The position numbers and the translations under genes are program-made. The notes beneath the pieces were generated by a model. That model made no database searches. It was not told the DNA's origin and was given only the letters and a program-made list of their open reading frames with translations. Source: Heterodontus francisci (taxonomy: Eukaryota). From it: a stretch of 64,000 nucleotides of DNA. Every line of letters begins with the position of its first letter. Position 1 is the first letter of the stretch. The stretch lies in assembly GCF_036365525.1 (NCBI RefSeq), contig NC_090400.1, positions 53,697,663 to 53,761,662 of the forward strand. The letters run 5' to 3'. This document shows positions 24,920 to 37,715 of the stretch, one piece after another.

Positions 24920-25645
24920 ATTTGGATTCACATAATGTCTCTCAAAAGCTCCTCACAAGTGCTTCACATAATGAATTACTTTGAAAAACAGTGGCTGCTG
25001 TTAATTGGGCAAAGGCAACTTGTGGACAGCAGGATTCCACAAACACCAAGGAGACAAATGATTAATCAATATTCTTGAGCTGGTTTCGGGTGAGAGAGGA
25101 ATGTTACCCAGGAGACTGGGACAACTTTCTGCTCTCCAAAATACTCCCCTGACTCTTAAGCATCATGGGGAGGCAGTGGCGTAGTGGCATTGTCACTGGA
25201 CTAGTAACCCAGAGACCCCAGGTATTGCTCTGGGGACATGGGTTCGAATCCCACCACAGTAGAAGGTGGAATTTGAATTCAATTAATAAATCTGGAATGA
25301 TGGCCATGAAACCATTGTCGATTGTTGTAAAAACCCATCTGGTTCACTAATGTCCTTAAGGGAAGGAAATCTGCTGTCCTTACCTGGTCTGGCCTACAGG
25401 TGACTCCAGATCCACACGCCCTCAAAATGGCCTAGCAAGCCACTCAGTTCAAGGGCAATTAGGGATGGGCAATAAATGCTGGCCTGGTCTGTGACGCCCA
25501 CATCCCTTGAATGAATGAAAAAAAAAATCTATGAGACAGGGCCTCTGTACTGCAATGGAGCATCAGTCTCGATCATGTCTTGGACTGGGGCTCAAACTCA
25601 CAAGGCACTGATTCAGAAATGAGTATGCTACCAGTGGAGCCAAGC
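24920..25645 (-). mobile_element. Degraded DeuSINE (SacSINE1-like) interrupted by another SINE
   Basis: Reverse complement of the family at 57706-58150. Confidence 0.55.
25167..25527 (+). mobile_element. tRNA-derived SINE with MetaSINE-like core and LINE-derived tail
   Basis: Box A TGGCGTAGTGG, box B GGTTCGAATCCC; core CTGGTTCACTAATGTCCTT.AGGGAAGGAAATCTGC...GGCCTAC.GGTGACTCCAG; tail shared with the LINE at 52890-52958; A-rich end. Confidence 0.85.
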
Positions 25646-26124
25646 TCTCATTATATGACCCCTTAGCCAGTTCGGCATCCGGTTGTAGAGGGAAAAGTGT
25701 GCGTTTGTAGGGGTTAGAAAGATTTATAGATTACTTCAGTCGACTGGAGCTTTAATTGATTGTCTTCGGGATTTGGAAACAAATTTCCAAAGCTTACATT
25801 GCACTCAGTTTATTTTTAACCTCTCCCAGGAGATTGCTTGACAGTTGGGGTGGGGCTAGTCAATGTTGTACAAAGCTATACCAACTCTGGTTGCTCCAAG
25901 TTCAATAGGCTATACAGTCTTTTCCCAACTTCATGTTGCTCTGTCTCGGATTTTCACGATTGTAGTTTTTATGAGTGAACCAGATGCTGACACTCGGGCC
26001 TTTTTAATGCCCTGGTTTAACTTGTATTCACCTGAAGTTCCACCAATCTACTGGCTACTTGTGATTTTGGTATTACAGGTCCTTTAAGGTGATGGAGTGG
26101 GAGTCATAATAGATAACAATCGAC

Positions 26125-26460
26125 TAGAATTATAGAATGATTACAGGACAGAAGGAGGCCATTCAGCCCATCGAGTCCACACCCCCTCTCTGCAAGAGCA
26201 ATTAAGCTAGTCCCACTCCCCTGCCCTTTCCCTGTAACCCTGCATATTATTTCCCTTCAGGTGCTTGTCCGGTTCTTTTTTGAAAGACACGATTGTATCT
26301 GCCTCCACCACCCCCTCAGGCAGTGCACTCCAGATCCTAACCACACGCTGCATAAGAAAATGTTTTCCTCATGTCACCTTTGGTTCTTTTGCTAATCACC
26401 TTATATCCGTGTGCTCTGGCTCACTACCCTTCCTCCAATGGGAACAGTTTCTCTTCACAT
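26125..26460 (-). mobile_element. CR1 3' fragment
   Basis: ACAGAAGGAGGCCATTCAGCCCATCGAG tail and following CR1 sequence. Confidence 0.82.
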
Positions 26461-27049
26461 ACAGTAAGAAGGTGTAACCAGAAAGTGGCTGACAACCCCT
26501 ACGAGAATCAAACAGCTTTATTCTTGTCAATAGGGATCATTAAGCAGTATTGAACCCTCAGGGTTTAAGGAACACCTAGGAAATGGTCGATCAAAGCCAA
26601 TGCAGTTCTATTAGTTACTTAATGTTGATTCCGTTATCAGAAAAGTGACTACAGCATGGGATTAAAAGAGAAAAACGCATTAAGAATCTGAAAACGCGCA
26701 GCAAAAGCCGACACTGTCTGAAAGGGGGTAAAACTCAGGTTATGCTTTGGGCAGAGAAGCTCTTCAGAATTGTTTGGCACTCTTCAGTTCCCATGAAGCT
26801 ACAGGCGATCTTAATGATGAGGTAGTTAGTTACTGAGTGGCAAATAACTCAATCCATTTCTCTCCAGAGCAAATGACTTGTTCACAATTGAAATGTTGTC
26901 TTGCCTGACAAACAAGCCGATTATGGTCCTCCCCACTGGATGTATATATTGACTGATCTGTAACAGACCTGTCTCACCTCTGGGTTGTTTCATTTTTACG
27001 TGGCTGGATCATTCGCCTGACTCACAATGCTAGTTCTGGAGGATCCGTG

Positions 27050-27180
27050 AGCTGGCCTTTAGTCTGGCTTCTACCTTTTGACCTGTCTGCCTTGGGTGGT
27101 CCTACCAGGAGCTATACTCCCGCCAGCATAGCTCTCAGAGCTGTAGGAGCATACAAGCTGACCCACCACCTCAGGATGCA
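27050..27180 (-). mobile_element. Probable RTE-type 5' UTR relic
   Basis: Minus strand GAGCTATGCTGGCGG...GGTAGGACCACCCAAGGCAGACAGGTCAAA resembles RTE/Expander leaders as recalled. Confidence 0.45.
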
Positions 27181-27324
27181 GTCCCTAGGGATGGTTAATG
27201 ATGGGGACATTCTGGAGACCTGCATTCTGGACTCTGTCTTACAAGAGGCAGCTGACAGTGAGCTGTGGCTAATGGTCATCCAAATTTTGTGCCAACACAC
27301 TGTATCATGTTGCTGTCCAGTCCA

Positions 27325-27700
27325 CAGTCACAGAATAATTTACAGCACAGAAAGAGGCCATTCGGCCCATCAAGTCCATACCGGCTCCCCACGGAGCTAT
27401 GCTATCTGTCCCACTCCCCAGCTCAATCCCCATAGCCCTGCAAGTCTATTTCTCTCAAGTGGCCATCCAACTTCCTCTTGAAGTTAACGATTCCCAGCTT
27501 CCACCACCCTGGTGGGAAGTGAGTTCCAGGTCATTACCACCCGTTGTGTAAAAAAGTGCTTCCTCATATTCCCCCTACATCGTTTGCTCCAAACTTTCAA
27601 TCTGAGTCCCCTAGACCTTGTACCATTTGCTAATGTGAACAGTTTTTCCTTGTCTAACTTATCTAAGCCTGTCATAACCTTGTACATTTCTATGAAATCT
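27325..27700 (-). mobile_element. CR1 3' fragment
   Basis: MYKVMTGLDKLDKEKLF...RKHFFTQRVVMTWNSLP. Confidence 0.9.
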
Positions 27701-28069
27701 CTTGTGAGTTTCTCTGTGTCCCTTTGTTTTCTAGTAAAAGAACAGAATGACAGAGGGCTGTGATGACACAGTGCATTGACACTCTAAGGGTGAGTGTCAC
27801 AGAAAACTCACAGTTGTTTTCCACACATGATGAGCTCAGAAGTGCTGTTGAGGGAGAAGCCAATGAAGTGCTTGATTACTAGGAGGTTCATAGGGTCTGA
27901 ATTCACTCACCGATGTGAATCCCAAATCCCAACAGCCTGGCTGAGATAGGGAACTTTTCTCATTCTCAGCTGGAAGGAAGGGAAGGTTGGAAAGTGAGCC
28001 ACACCAGTGCACTTCCAAGCTGCTGCCTCAAGAGTGCAGTTGGCAGAACCATGAGGCCCTGATATTTAC

Positions 28070-28916
28070 TGGGACAGAATTCCCAATTGGTGGGGGAAGG
28101 AGATCAGGTCAGGTAACCCGGAAGTCTGGGTTCTCCCAAACAGTGTGACGTGCTTATTTTTCTTTTCAACAGGTTCCCCCACCTGGAAGTAAGCCTGATT
28201 GACAGCTTGGCTCCCTGTCAGGCAGGGAACATAGCAGAAGAGGCTGCAGCCCAAGACCGTAGGTTTCCTGCTGTTGGGGTAAAGATCACAAGGGGTGTGG
28301 GGAGTGGGTACAGGGAGTCTTGGAAGATCACGGGGGGGCGAGGGGGGGCGGTGATCATGGAGGTTCAAAGAGAGCGCGGGGCAGAGATGGAGGTTTGGAG
28401 GTCAGAGATTATGGGAGGAGGTCAGCGATCACAAGGCGGGTGGTCGGTGATAGCAGAAGGTGGGTCCGATCCTGGGGTTGGGGTCCCAATCATGGGATGG
28501 GGTTCCGATCGAAGGGGTGGTGGCTGATCATGGGATTGGGGGTAATTGCATGGGTTCCTATCATGGGGAAGGAAGCAGGTTAGCTGGGGAAGGCGGGTGC
28601 GGAAGCACTTCTGCTGCCCCTGGCCCACAAGCAGTGCTGGAAAGGCATTTACGTCTTCCATGCAGCAGTCTTCACCTCCCTTTAGCTGCTGGGTTAAGCC
28701 TGAAACACATAAAATCGGAGGCACGAAACCTTGTTAAAATATTTCATTGAGCAACCCACCTCCTGGGAACAGGTTTGTTGCCACTCACCCCCATTGCCGC
28801 CATCATTAAAAGGGAAGTGGGCATATTCAAGGCAGGTCAGGTTCAGGTTTGAGAGTTTTAAAATTTTAACATCCCACCGACCCAAATCCACCAATTTTGG
28901 AGGGTTAAAATTACCC
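28070..28916. mobile_element. GC-rich TIR-type element (degraded)
   Basis: GGGACAGAATT...TTAAAATTACCC termini; composition like the other TIR elements. Confidence 0.5.
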
Positions 28917-29021
28917 ACTTGGTATCAAAAACCTTACACTCCTCTTGGCCAAGGTGAAACCTGGCAAAAAGCAAAATAATTCAGGTATATTCACCTCTAT
29001 TTTTTCCCCTTCTTTGCCCCT

Positions 29022-29460
29022 GTGAACATAGGAGGAGGAGGCCATTCAGCCCTTCAAGGCTGTTCCACCATTCAGTTAAGTTGTGAGTGATCTGTATTGT
29101 AACTCCCTCTGCCCAACCTGGTTCTGTAGCCCTTAAAACTCTTGCCTAACAAAAAGCCATCAATCTCAGTTATGACATTTTCAATGCGACCCCAGACTCA
29201 ACAGCCTTTTGGGAGAGAGAGTTCCAGATTTCCACTAACTTCTGCGTGAAGGAGTGCTTTGTGACATCGTCCCTCTAATTTTAACACTGTTCCCCTTTGT
29301 TCTGGACTTCCTCGCCATTTACCTATCAACTCATGTATTCAACTTAAATACCTCAATTAGATCACTCGTTAATCTTCGATATTCAAAAGAATACAAAGCG
29401 AGTCTATGCAACCTGTCCTTGTAATTTAATCGTTTTAACCCCAGTATCATTCCAGTGAAG
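29022..29460 (-). mobile_element. CR1 3' fragment
   Basis: MILGLKRLNYKDRLHRLALYSFEYRRLTSDLIEVFK on minus. Confidence 0.85.
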
Positions 29461-30159
29461 CCACTGATACAGTTGAAATGAAAAGGCAAGTATACCGTGC
29501 CCCCCCACCCAGTAACCGCACCCCCCCCCCCCCAACCCCGCACACTCCAAGGTTGCTCCACTACCCATTGGCCAATGTAGTTGGCCACCAGGAGATGACA
29601 TGGGGAACCCTGGTTGCAACATTTCTCCCCCCCACCACATCCCACTTCCGTACCCCTCCCCCCCAACCAGCACACCCCCCCCACAACCCGAACGTGTTCC
29701 ATTTTGTCTGCAGGGAGATGGTGCGATGTTCACCTGTCATGGTTCAGAGCGCAAGCTGAGAGAAGCAGAACTCAAATTGGCATCTACCCCCACCATTGCC
29801 CATGGCCCCATGAACTGGTGCTGCACTACTCATCACTACCAGTCCATCTTAAGACTTATCTTCAAAATGGTATAGTTACAAAAACTAGAATGCTAATTAA
29901 AAACACATTAAGCGGGTTAATATCCAACAGGAGATGCCAATTAAGAGGATTGAACTGTTCGTAGATCCTTGGTGTCTTTCAGTCTTATAGCAAACCTGAA
30001 GAAAGCACTCATAAGGGCATTACTAACGCCAAATATATAGTCCTGCTGTGCTGTTACAGCCGATTACTGTACGTCACACAGGCTTTCCAGAAGGTGGAGG
30101 ATATTGGGAAGAAATTTACTCTGAACATTGTGTCTGGAAAAAAATTGGAGCTGAGATTA

Positions 30160-31240
30160 TGCAGGCTCAGTGGGTAGCGCTTTCGTCACTGGGTCAGAAG
30201 GTTGTGGGTTCAAGACCCACTCCAGAGATTAGAGTACAAAAGTCTGGGCTGACACTCCAATGCAGTACAGCACTGTTGGAGGAATCATCTTTCAGATGAG
30301 ATGAGAGCAGGGGAGCTCTCCCTAGTGTCCTTTCCAACATTTATCCCTCAACCAACATCACTAAAACAGATTACCTAACAGATAGTCTAGTTGCTTGTCC
30401 AGACTGACCAAGAGAGTGTGGGAAAATGGCGCACTGACACAGAACACAAAAGTCCGAGTGTATCAAGCCTGTGTCCACAGTATCTTGCTCTACGGCAGCG
30501 AGGCCTGGACAACATATGTCAGCCAAGAGCAACGTCTCAATTCATTCCATCTTTGCTGCCTCCGGAGAATCCTTGGCATCAGGTGGCAGGACCGTATCTC
30601 CAACACAGAAGTTCTCTAGGTGGCCAACATCCCCAGCATATACACCCTACTGAGCCAGCGGCGATTGAGATGGCTTGGCCATGTGAGCCGCATGGGAGAT
30701 GGCAGGATCCCCAAGGACACATTGTACAGCAAGCTCGTCACTGGCATCAGACCCACCGGCCGTCCATGTCTCCGCTTTAAAGACGTCTGCAAATGCGACA
30801 TGAAGTCCTGTGACATTGATCACAAGTCGTGGGAGTCAGTTGCCAGTGATCGCCAGAGCTGGCGGGCAGCCATAAAGGCGGGGCTAAAGTGTGGCGAGTC
30901 AAAGAGACTTAGCAGTTGGCAGGAAAAAAGACAGAAGCGCAAGGGGAGAGTCAACTGTGTAACAGCCCCGACAACCAATTTTATCTGTAGCACCTGTGTA
31001 AGAGTGTGTCACTCTTGAATTGGCTTTTATAGCCACTCTAGGCGCTGCTTCACAAACCACTGACCACCTCCAGGCGCTTACCCATTGTCTCTCGAGACAA
31101 GGAGGCCAAGAAGTCCAGTTGCTGTTTGTGGGAGCTTGCTGTGCACAAATTAGCTGTAGGGTTTCCTACATTACGACAGACAACATTTAAAAAAAAACAT
31201 AGATTGGAATGCATTATATAAATGCAAGCCTTTCTTTTCT
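30160..31240 (+). mobile_element. DeuSINE (SacSINE1-like) interrupted by an RTE
   Basis: GGCTCAGTGGGTAGC...GGTTCAAG head; ATTTATCCCTCAACCAACATCACTAAAACAGATTA core; TATATAAATGCAAG tail. Confidence 0.85.
30396..31111 (+). mobile_element. RTE LINE 3' fragment
   Basis: ORFs 30395-30619 and 30620-31018; TSD AGTC(T/C)AGTTGCT at 30384-30395 and 31112-31123. Confidence 0.95.
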
Positions 31241-32327
31241 TTGAAATATGCCGTACAAAAAAAAACATTTTCCCCGCTTGAGTGTTAAACTGGCAGAGTG
31301 GATCGGGCACTGGTCGCGGAATTTGCTCAATGCTCATTCCCATTGGATTTTGGGCAGAGGTGAAAACAGGGTGGGTTCTATAATGGGCGGGTGATCCAAT
31401 CCATCAGTTCAGTCCCTGAGTGGTCACAGTTCAACTTGCTGGCAGATGATGCAGGAGATGCACAGAGGACCATGAGTATCTAAAGAGGCAATAGATTAAC
31501 ATTGAATCTGTCAATCTGCCCATTTCTGTTACGGATGCTGATGGACCTCTTTTAAGTCGAGATTTTCTCTGTGGGTGGGGTGGGATGGTGGGATAGTGGG
31601 GTAGGATGGAGGGATGGTGGGATGGGATGGTGGGAGGGTGGGGTGAGTGGAGAGTGATTTGTTGTGTGATTGGCCGCAAGCCTATCTGCAGTCTGGGGGT
31701 TCTCAGGCAGAAGGTATCTGCAGTTGATGATTGAGTACTTACTGAGTTACTGTTCGTGAAAAAAAGAACAGAAAATAGAACGTTAACTTGTGTGAGGAGG
31801 TTCACCATGAGAATGTATGAGATAATTTAAAAGAAATTGAAGGCTAACCCGCGGAACTGTGTGTAAAGTACATAGAGAATAATAAACTTATGGGAGTGAT
31901 TACAAGGCAATATTTTTCATCAAGGTTTTTAACTGGTCACAGAGCAAGGTTTGGGTTCCACCTGACCCACATTTGATGAGAATTTGGCCTTAAGATCATT
32001 TCCTGACTTTTTAAAATCTTTTTTTTGATTAATTACAGTGAAATTCATCAGGGTGCCTGTGTTCCATTCTCAGTTCTTTCTTTTTTGGCTGATGGATGAT
32101 TACAGATTCTGACTTGACCAGGGGACAGTTAGCGAGTAATAACCAGGAAATAACATGTTCTATTTAAACAGAACACTCCAAACTTCTCTCCTTTCCTGAA
32201 GAGAGCTGGGAGGTACATTTCCAAAGGCCCCAAGCTGTAAATTCCCTGGCATTTGTCAATGATTGCATATCTGGTTTGTCCGGAATTTGTTACTGTACTG
32301 TCTGCGATAGCACTGAGCTTTGCAGGC

Positions 32328-32614
32328 TAGATTAGATTAGATTAGAGATACAGCACTGAAACAGGCCCTTCGGCCCACCAAGTCTGTGCCGAACATCAAC
32401 CACCCATTTATACTAATCCTACACTCATCCCATATTCCTACCAAACATCCCCACCTGTTCCTATATTGCCCTACCACCTACCTATACTAGTGACAATTTA
32501 TAATGGCCAATTTACCTATCAACCTGCAAGTCTTTTGGCTTGTGGGAGGAAACCGGAGCACCCGGAGAAAACCCACGCAGACACAGGGAGAACTTGCAAA
32601 CTCCACACAGGCAG
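32328..32614 (-). mobile_element. V-SINE (HE1-like), lacking the tRNA head, with (TAATC)n tail
   Basis: Near-identical to 55668-56021. Confidence 0.92.
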
Positions 32615-32794
32615 AACCAGGAAAGTTCCAGGTTCAATTCTCTACTCCATGCTGAGTTAGCTGATTTCAGCTGGGGTAGGAGTAAGGGGTCTACAACTGG
32701 CCTTGGAATCCCTCCGCAATTGGATAAAGTGTTGACACTCAAAGGCCCCTCTGGTATCTTACCCAAAGTGGACACCCTTTGTAGCATGATCAAG

Positions 32795-33225
32795 AATGAT
32801 ACAGCACAGAAGGAAGCTGTTCAACCCATCGTGCTTGTGCTAGCTCTTCGAGGGAGCTATCCAATAGTCCCATTCCCCAGCCCTTCCCCCATAACCCCGC
32901 AAATCTTTCCCCTTCAAATATTTTTCTAATTCCCTTTTGAAAGTTACAATTGATTCTGCTTTTGCCAGCCTTTCAGGCAGTGCATTCAAAATCATAACAT
33001 CTCACCATGTAAAAAAATGTTTCCTCATGTCGCCTCTGGTGTTCTTGCCAATTGCCTTCAATCTGTGTCCTCTGGTTACCGACCCTGCTACCGTTGGAAA
33101 TAGTTACTCCTTATTTACTCTATCAAAACCCTTCAAGATTTTGAACATCTCCATTAAATCTCCCCTTAACCTTCTCTTCTCTAAGGAGAACAACCCAGCT
33201 TCACCAGTCTCTCCATGTAACTGGT
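32795..33225 (-). mobile_element. CR1 3' fragment
   Basis: GATACAGCACAGAAGGAAGC tail; TCTCCCCTTAACCTTCTCTTCTCTAAGGAGAACAACCC. Confidence 0.85.
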
Positions 33226-33923
33226 TCCGTGTGGTGCTCAGTGTTGAGTGTCAACACTTTATCCAACTGTGGAGGGATTCCAAGGCCAGCTGTAGCCACC
33301 TTACTCCTACCCCAGCTGAGACCAGCTAACTCAATATGGAGTAGAGAATTGAACTTGGAACTTTAGTAGCCTGCAAAGCTCAGTGCTATCGCAGACAGTA
33401 CAGTAACCAATTCCAGGCAAACCAGATACTCAACCATTGACAAATGTGATGTAAACAGTGCCCATTTATTGAGTGATAGTTGAGAGTGACTATCAGGGAA
33501 TTACAGTGTCCAATAAAACCCATAACTTAGACCAATTGGGTACATGTAGCATCCATTCATATAATCGTGGGAATTCGAGAAAGACGCTGTTACACTTGTA
33601 GGAACAAGAATAAGCCATTGAGCCCCTCAAGCCTGCTCGACCATTCAATCAGATCATGGCTGCTCTTTACCTCAACTTCCGTTTAATATCTTTAACATCC
33701 TGGTAATAATATCTCATCTGAAGGAAAGACCCCCAACATCACAGCAATCCTTCAGTCCTGAAGTTCAGCCCAGATGAGATACCAAAGTGCTGGAGTGGAA
33801 CTTGAATTCATAGCCTTAATGACTCAAAGGTAAGAGGGCCATCAGCTGATACTTTTATTCAAACAGACATTGATTGCCTTGGAGCATCAATGGTGCACTA
33901 TCATTGGGTCATGAGCTTCACAT

Positions 33924-34612
33924 GTCAGCTGTGGTTCAGTGGATAACTCTTTGGGTCAGAAGGTTTTGGGTTCAAGACCTACTCCAGGGACTTGAGTATA
34001 AAATCTAGGCCGGCACTCCTAGGGCAGTACTGAGGGAGTGCTGCACTGTCAGAAGTGCCATTGTTTGGATAATGTAATGAGAAGCATTTTATGTTGTCCG
34101 ATGTGTGGAGTTCAGTTGATTGAAGATCTCAAACAGGTTTATTAAACAGCTAACAAGTATATTCAGTGCAGAGCTAACCATTTACAGGGTTTGCCTCTTG
34201 GTGTTACAGTTACAGAGTGAGACTGGCATGTAGTCACAAGACTGCATCCTGGTACACAGCTCATTAGCATGCGAAGATCTTCAAGGGATATCACTCTTCA
34301 AGGCAATCACACAACCGATAAAATGTTAAACCGAGGTCCTGTCAGCCCTCTCAGGTACACATAAAAGACTATTATTTCAAAGAAGAGCAGTAGCGTATTC
34401 TCTGATGCTTTGGTGAATATTTATCCCTCAACCAACTCCTAAATCAGATTACCTGGTCATTATCACATTGCTGTTTGTGGGATCTTGCTGTGTCCAAATT
34501 GGCTGCAGCCTTTTCCTACGTTGCAACGGTGACTACACTTCCAAAAAGTAATTAATTGGCTGTAAAGTGCTTTGAGATATCATGAGGTCATGAAAGGCAC
34601 TATATAAATGCA
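33924..34612 (+). mobile_element. DeuSINE (SacSINE1-like) interrupted by a solo LTR
   Basis: Head, GAGGGAGTGCTGCACTGTC, Deu core, TATATAAATGCAA tail. Confidence 0.88.
34073..34316 (-). mobile_element. Solo LTR of the same family as the myc-carrying element
   Basis: Reverse complement matches 52339-52596 (GATTGCCTT.AAGAG, GTACCAGGATGCAGTC, AACTGTAACACC, AATAAACCTGTTTGA, CTCATTACA); 5-bp TSD GATAA at 34068-34072 and 34317-34321. Confidence 0.92.
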
Positions 34613-35929
34613 ATCGTGCAGGAGAAGGAGCAACTGTCGACCCCAGAACTGGTTTTGGTTACTATCTCCTGGCCTGTTCAAACTGGCATCAGACAATGTC
34701 TTCAAGTGGGCACGCTAACAGATTCTAACACAAAGAGAAAAAAAATCCTGTTTGTGTTTTTTTAAAAAAATGCAAAATTAAATAAATGCCCCCTCTCAGA
34801 TGACAACTTAATTTAGCTTCATCCGTCTCTGTTTAGTCGTATTTGTGCATAAAGACTTAACCAACCTAATGGTTTCATTCATATCATTTAGGTACAGCAT
34901 TCATTTATCATAAATTACCAATTATTAAAGGACACTTAGAGTCATTGCACACATACCGATGTAGAGTGTATTTTATTCCGTCTGAACTTTCAGTTGCGTG
35001 ACCCCAACATTTTTATTTAAATGCAGGAGTACTCATTAGAATGACGTGCCTGTGAGGGAAAGAAACTGTGAATACATCTTTTATTTATGGGTAGACTCAT
35101 CGCATTGCATACGGCAAAGGTTAAACTATGTTTTAATTTTTATTCCCTCATTCTATCTTGAAGACGTTTTATTTTCTCTCCCCTTTCCTTGTGCTATGTC
35201 TCCTGGCTTGACAGTCTGTATAGGAGTCAGGCTTCCCAGATTGCAACCAGTACCTTGGAGGTGCATGGAAGAGGTCCAAGTGTTGGGGAAGATGTTTTTG
35301 GGCTGTCAGTATTTGCTCCCATCTTGTGTGTGGATGATGTCAAGCCTCTGCTAAGTGCCTGCATGGTGGCACGGCAGAGATCACACAAGCAAGGGAGCAG
35401 ACCTACATTCCAATGCTGTTTGGATCCACCTGTCACAACCCAACCTAATTTTAGACTCCCAGTTTGACAGTTGATTTTCTATAAGCTGCCTTCTCTCAGA
35501 TGTAAAGTTCAGTAAAAGTCCAGTGAAAGTAAATGTTTTATATATTTTATTCCACTGACCGAACCTTCCCTTTTTCCACTGCTTCAATAATCTGCCAAGA
35601 GTTAGAATCATAGAATGCAAGAGGCCACTCAGCCTATCCCACTCATTCTAACTCTTTGAAAGCGATGTCCAATTCATCCCATTCCACCCCACTAAGACTA
35701 TTTTGTCTCTTTTTGTCTCTAAGACTTTTTGTCTCATCCTAGTACACAGAGCAGGTTACTCACAGGGTGGCTGGTTCAGAACTATCTTGTACCCTGGCTC
35801 ACTGCACAATGAAACTAATGTTCAGGTAACCCCTCCGCAAGGCCATGCAGGATTGCATGTAATGCACCACTGTGACCGTTAGTGACCGGAGAATGGCATA
35901 ACATGACTGCCTCTCGGAGCAGCCCTCCC

Positions 35930-36400
35930 TGGGGCTGAAAGGGTTAAATAACAAGGACAGATTGTGTAGACGAGGCTTATAGGCCCTTGAGTATAGGAGA
36001 TTAAGGGATGATCTAATTGAGGTGTTTAAGATGATTAAAGGAATTGATCAGGTAGATAGAGAGAAACTATTTCCTCTGGTGGAGGGGTGAGGGAGTCCAG
36101 AACAAGGAGGCATAACCTTACAATTTGAGCTAGACCGTTCAGGGGTGTTGTCAGGAAGCACTTCTTCACAGAAAGGGTAGTGGAAATTTGGAACTCTCTT
36201 CCCCAAAAAACTGTTCAGGCTAGGTATGGCAATTGAAAATGGCAAAACTGAGATGGATAACTTTTTTGTTAGGTAAAGGTATTGAGGGCTACAAAACTAA
36301 GGCGGGTAAATGGAGTTTTAAATACAGATGAACAGTGATCTAATTGAATGGTGGAACAGATTTGAGAGGCTGAATGGTCTTCTCCTGTTCCTATATTCAC
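35930..36400 (+). mobile_element. CR1 3' fragment
   Basis: RRLRDDLIEVFKMIKGID and RKHFFTERVVEIWNSLP on plus. Confidence 0.88.
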
Positions 36401-36939
36401 CCTGTCAAGGGTAACATCTCACCTGTACTTTGCACTTTCCCAGAAAGAATCAGACAGGGATAAAGAATTGACCAACTGCAGCTGGTTCCCGCCAATGTAC
36501 CTTCTAAGGTTTTTTTGTAGTGTGCGGGTGATTTAAGTGTGTGGGCCCTTTTAGGTTTTTTGCACAGCCACACATCTTAGAGGGAACACTGCTGCCCATT
36601 ATATTATTTTTACAGCATGAGAATTGACACTACTGAGTTGGAAGAGGGTGGGGCTGACCTTTCACACAACAAACACTGGGTGCATTCTACCTGTTTACAC
36701 CCTCCATTGACCTGTTTCTGCAACCTCTTCCTCACTTACTTTTCTCATAAGTGTTTTTATGCACTAACACGTTAAAGGAAGTCAGTGCGGGGTGGGAGGG
36801 TGGGGCCAGAAAACACACCCAAAGGGACAGTTAGGGACATCTAACTGTCTCAACTGACGACCATTAATGTGCACTTTTGCGGCATGTGCAACTGTAGGCT
36901 GGGGACCAGGAGTGGAAACCCTGAGCTGTTAAATGCTCA

Positions 36940-37715
36940 CTTGTAAATCCCTACATGGCCCTACCCCTCCATGACTCTATAACCACCCCCAACCCCACAG
37001 CCCTCTGAGATCTCTCCTTCTCCAATTCTGGCCTCTTGCGCATTCCCAATTTCCTTAGCTCCGCTATTGGCAGCGTGCCTTCAGCTGACTAGGCCCCAAG
37101 TTCTTGAATTCCCTCCCTTAACCTCTTCGTCTCTCGAGCTCTCGTCTCCTTTAACAGCAACAACAACTGTTATTTATATAGCGCCTTTAACATAATAAAA
37201 CTTGGCAAAGTGCTTCATGGGAGCATTCTAAAACAAAATATGACACAAGTCACAAAAGGAGCTATTAGGGCAGGTGACCCAAAGCTTAATCAAAAAGGTC
37301 GGTTTTAAGGAGCGTCTCAAAAGGAAGAAATTGAGGTGGAGCGGCGGAGATATTTAGGGAGGGAATTCCAGGCAGCTGAAGGCACGGCCAACAATGGTGG
37401 AGCAAATAAAATCAGGGATGCTCAAGAGGCCAGAATTAGAGGAGCGCAGATATCTGGGAGGGTTGTGGAGCTGGAGGGGGTCACAGAGACAGGGTGGGGC
37501 AAGGCAATGGAGGGATTTGAAAACCTGGAAGAATATTTTAAAATTGAGGCTCAGCTTAACTGGGAGCCAACGTAGATCAACATGCACTCCTTAAAACCTA
37601 CCTCCCTGACCAAGCTTTCGGTCACTTGTCCTACTGAGGCTCGGCGTCAAATTCAATAATGTTCCTGTAAACACTTTACTATGTTAAGGGTGCAATATAA
37701 ATGAAAGTTGTTGTT
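36940..37715. mobile_element. L2 3' end (+) with a second L2 3' end inserted antisense at ~37155-37580
   Basis: Both carry LRSSNSGLL.IP...GRAFSCL; the outer copy resumes CTCCTTAAAACCTACCTC at ~37587. Confidence 0.8.

Larger units (their letters stand above)
32250..33448. repeat. Inverted duplication: left arm 32250-32742 (with a SINE inserted), right arm 33244-33448
   Basis: CATTTGTCAATG...GCGATAGCACTGAGCTTTGCAGGCT versus AGCCTGCAAAGCTCAGTGCTATCGC...CATTGACAAATG; GGATAAAGTGTTGACACTCAA versus TTGAGTGTCAACACTTTATCC. Confidence 0.9.

Noticed and set aside
28066-28979. Overlapping Gly/Pro-rich ORFs in GC-rich blocks (also 8-9.5, 23.6-24.3, 54.6-55.1 and 59-59.7 kb)
   Set aside because: Stop-poor GC-rich interiors of non-autonomous TIR elements; no recognisable domains
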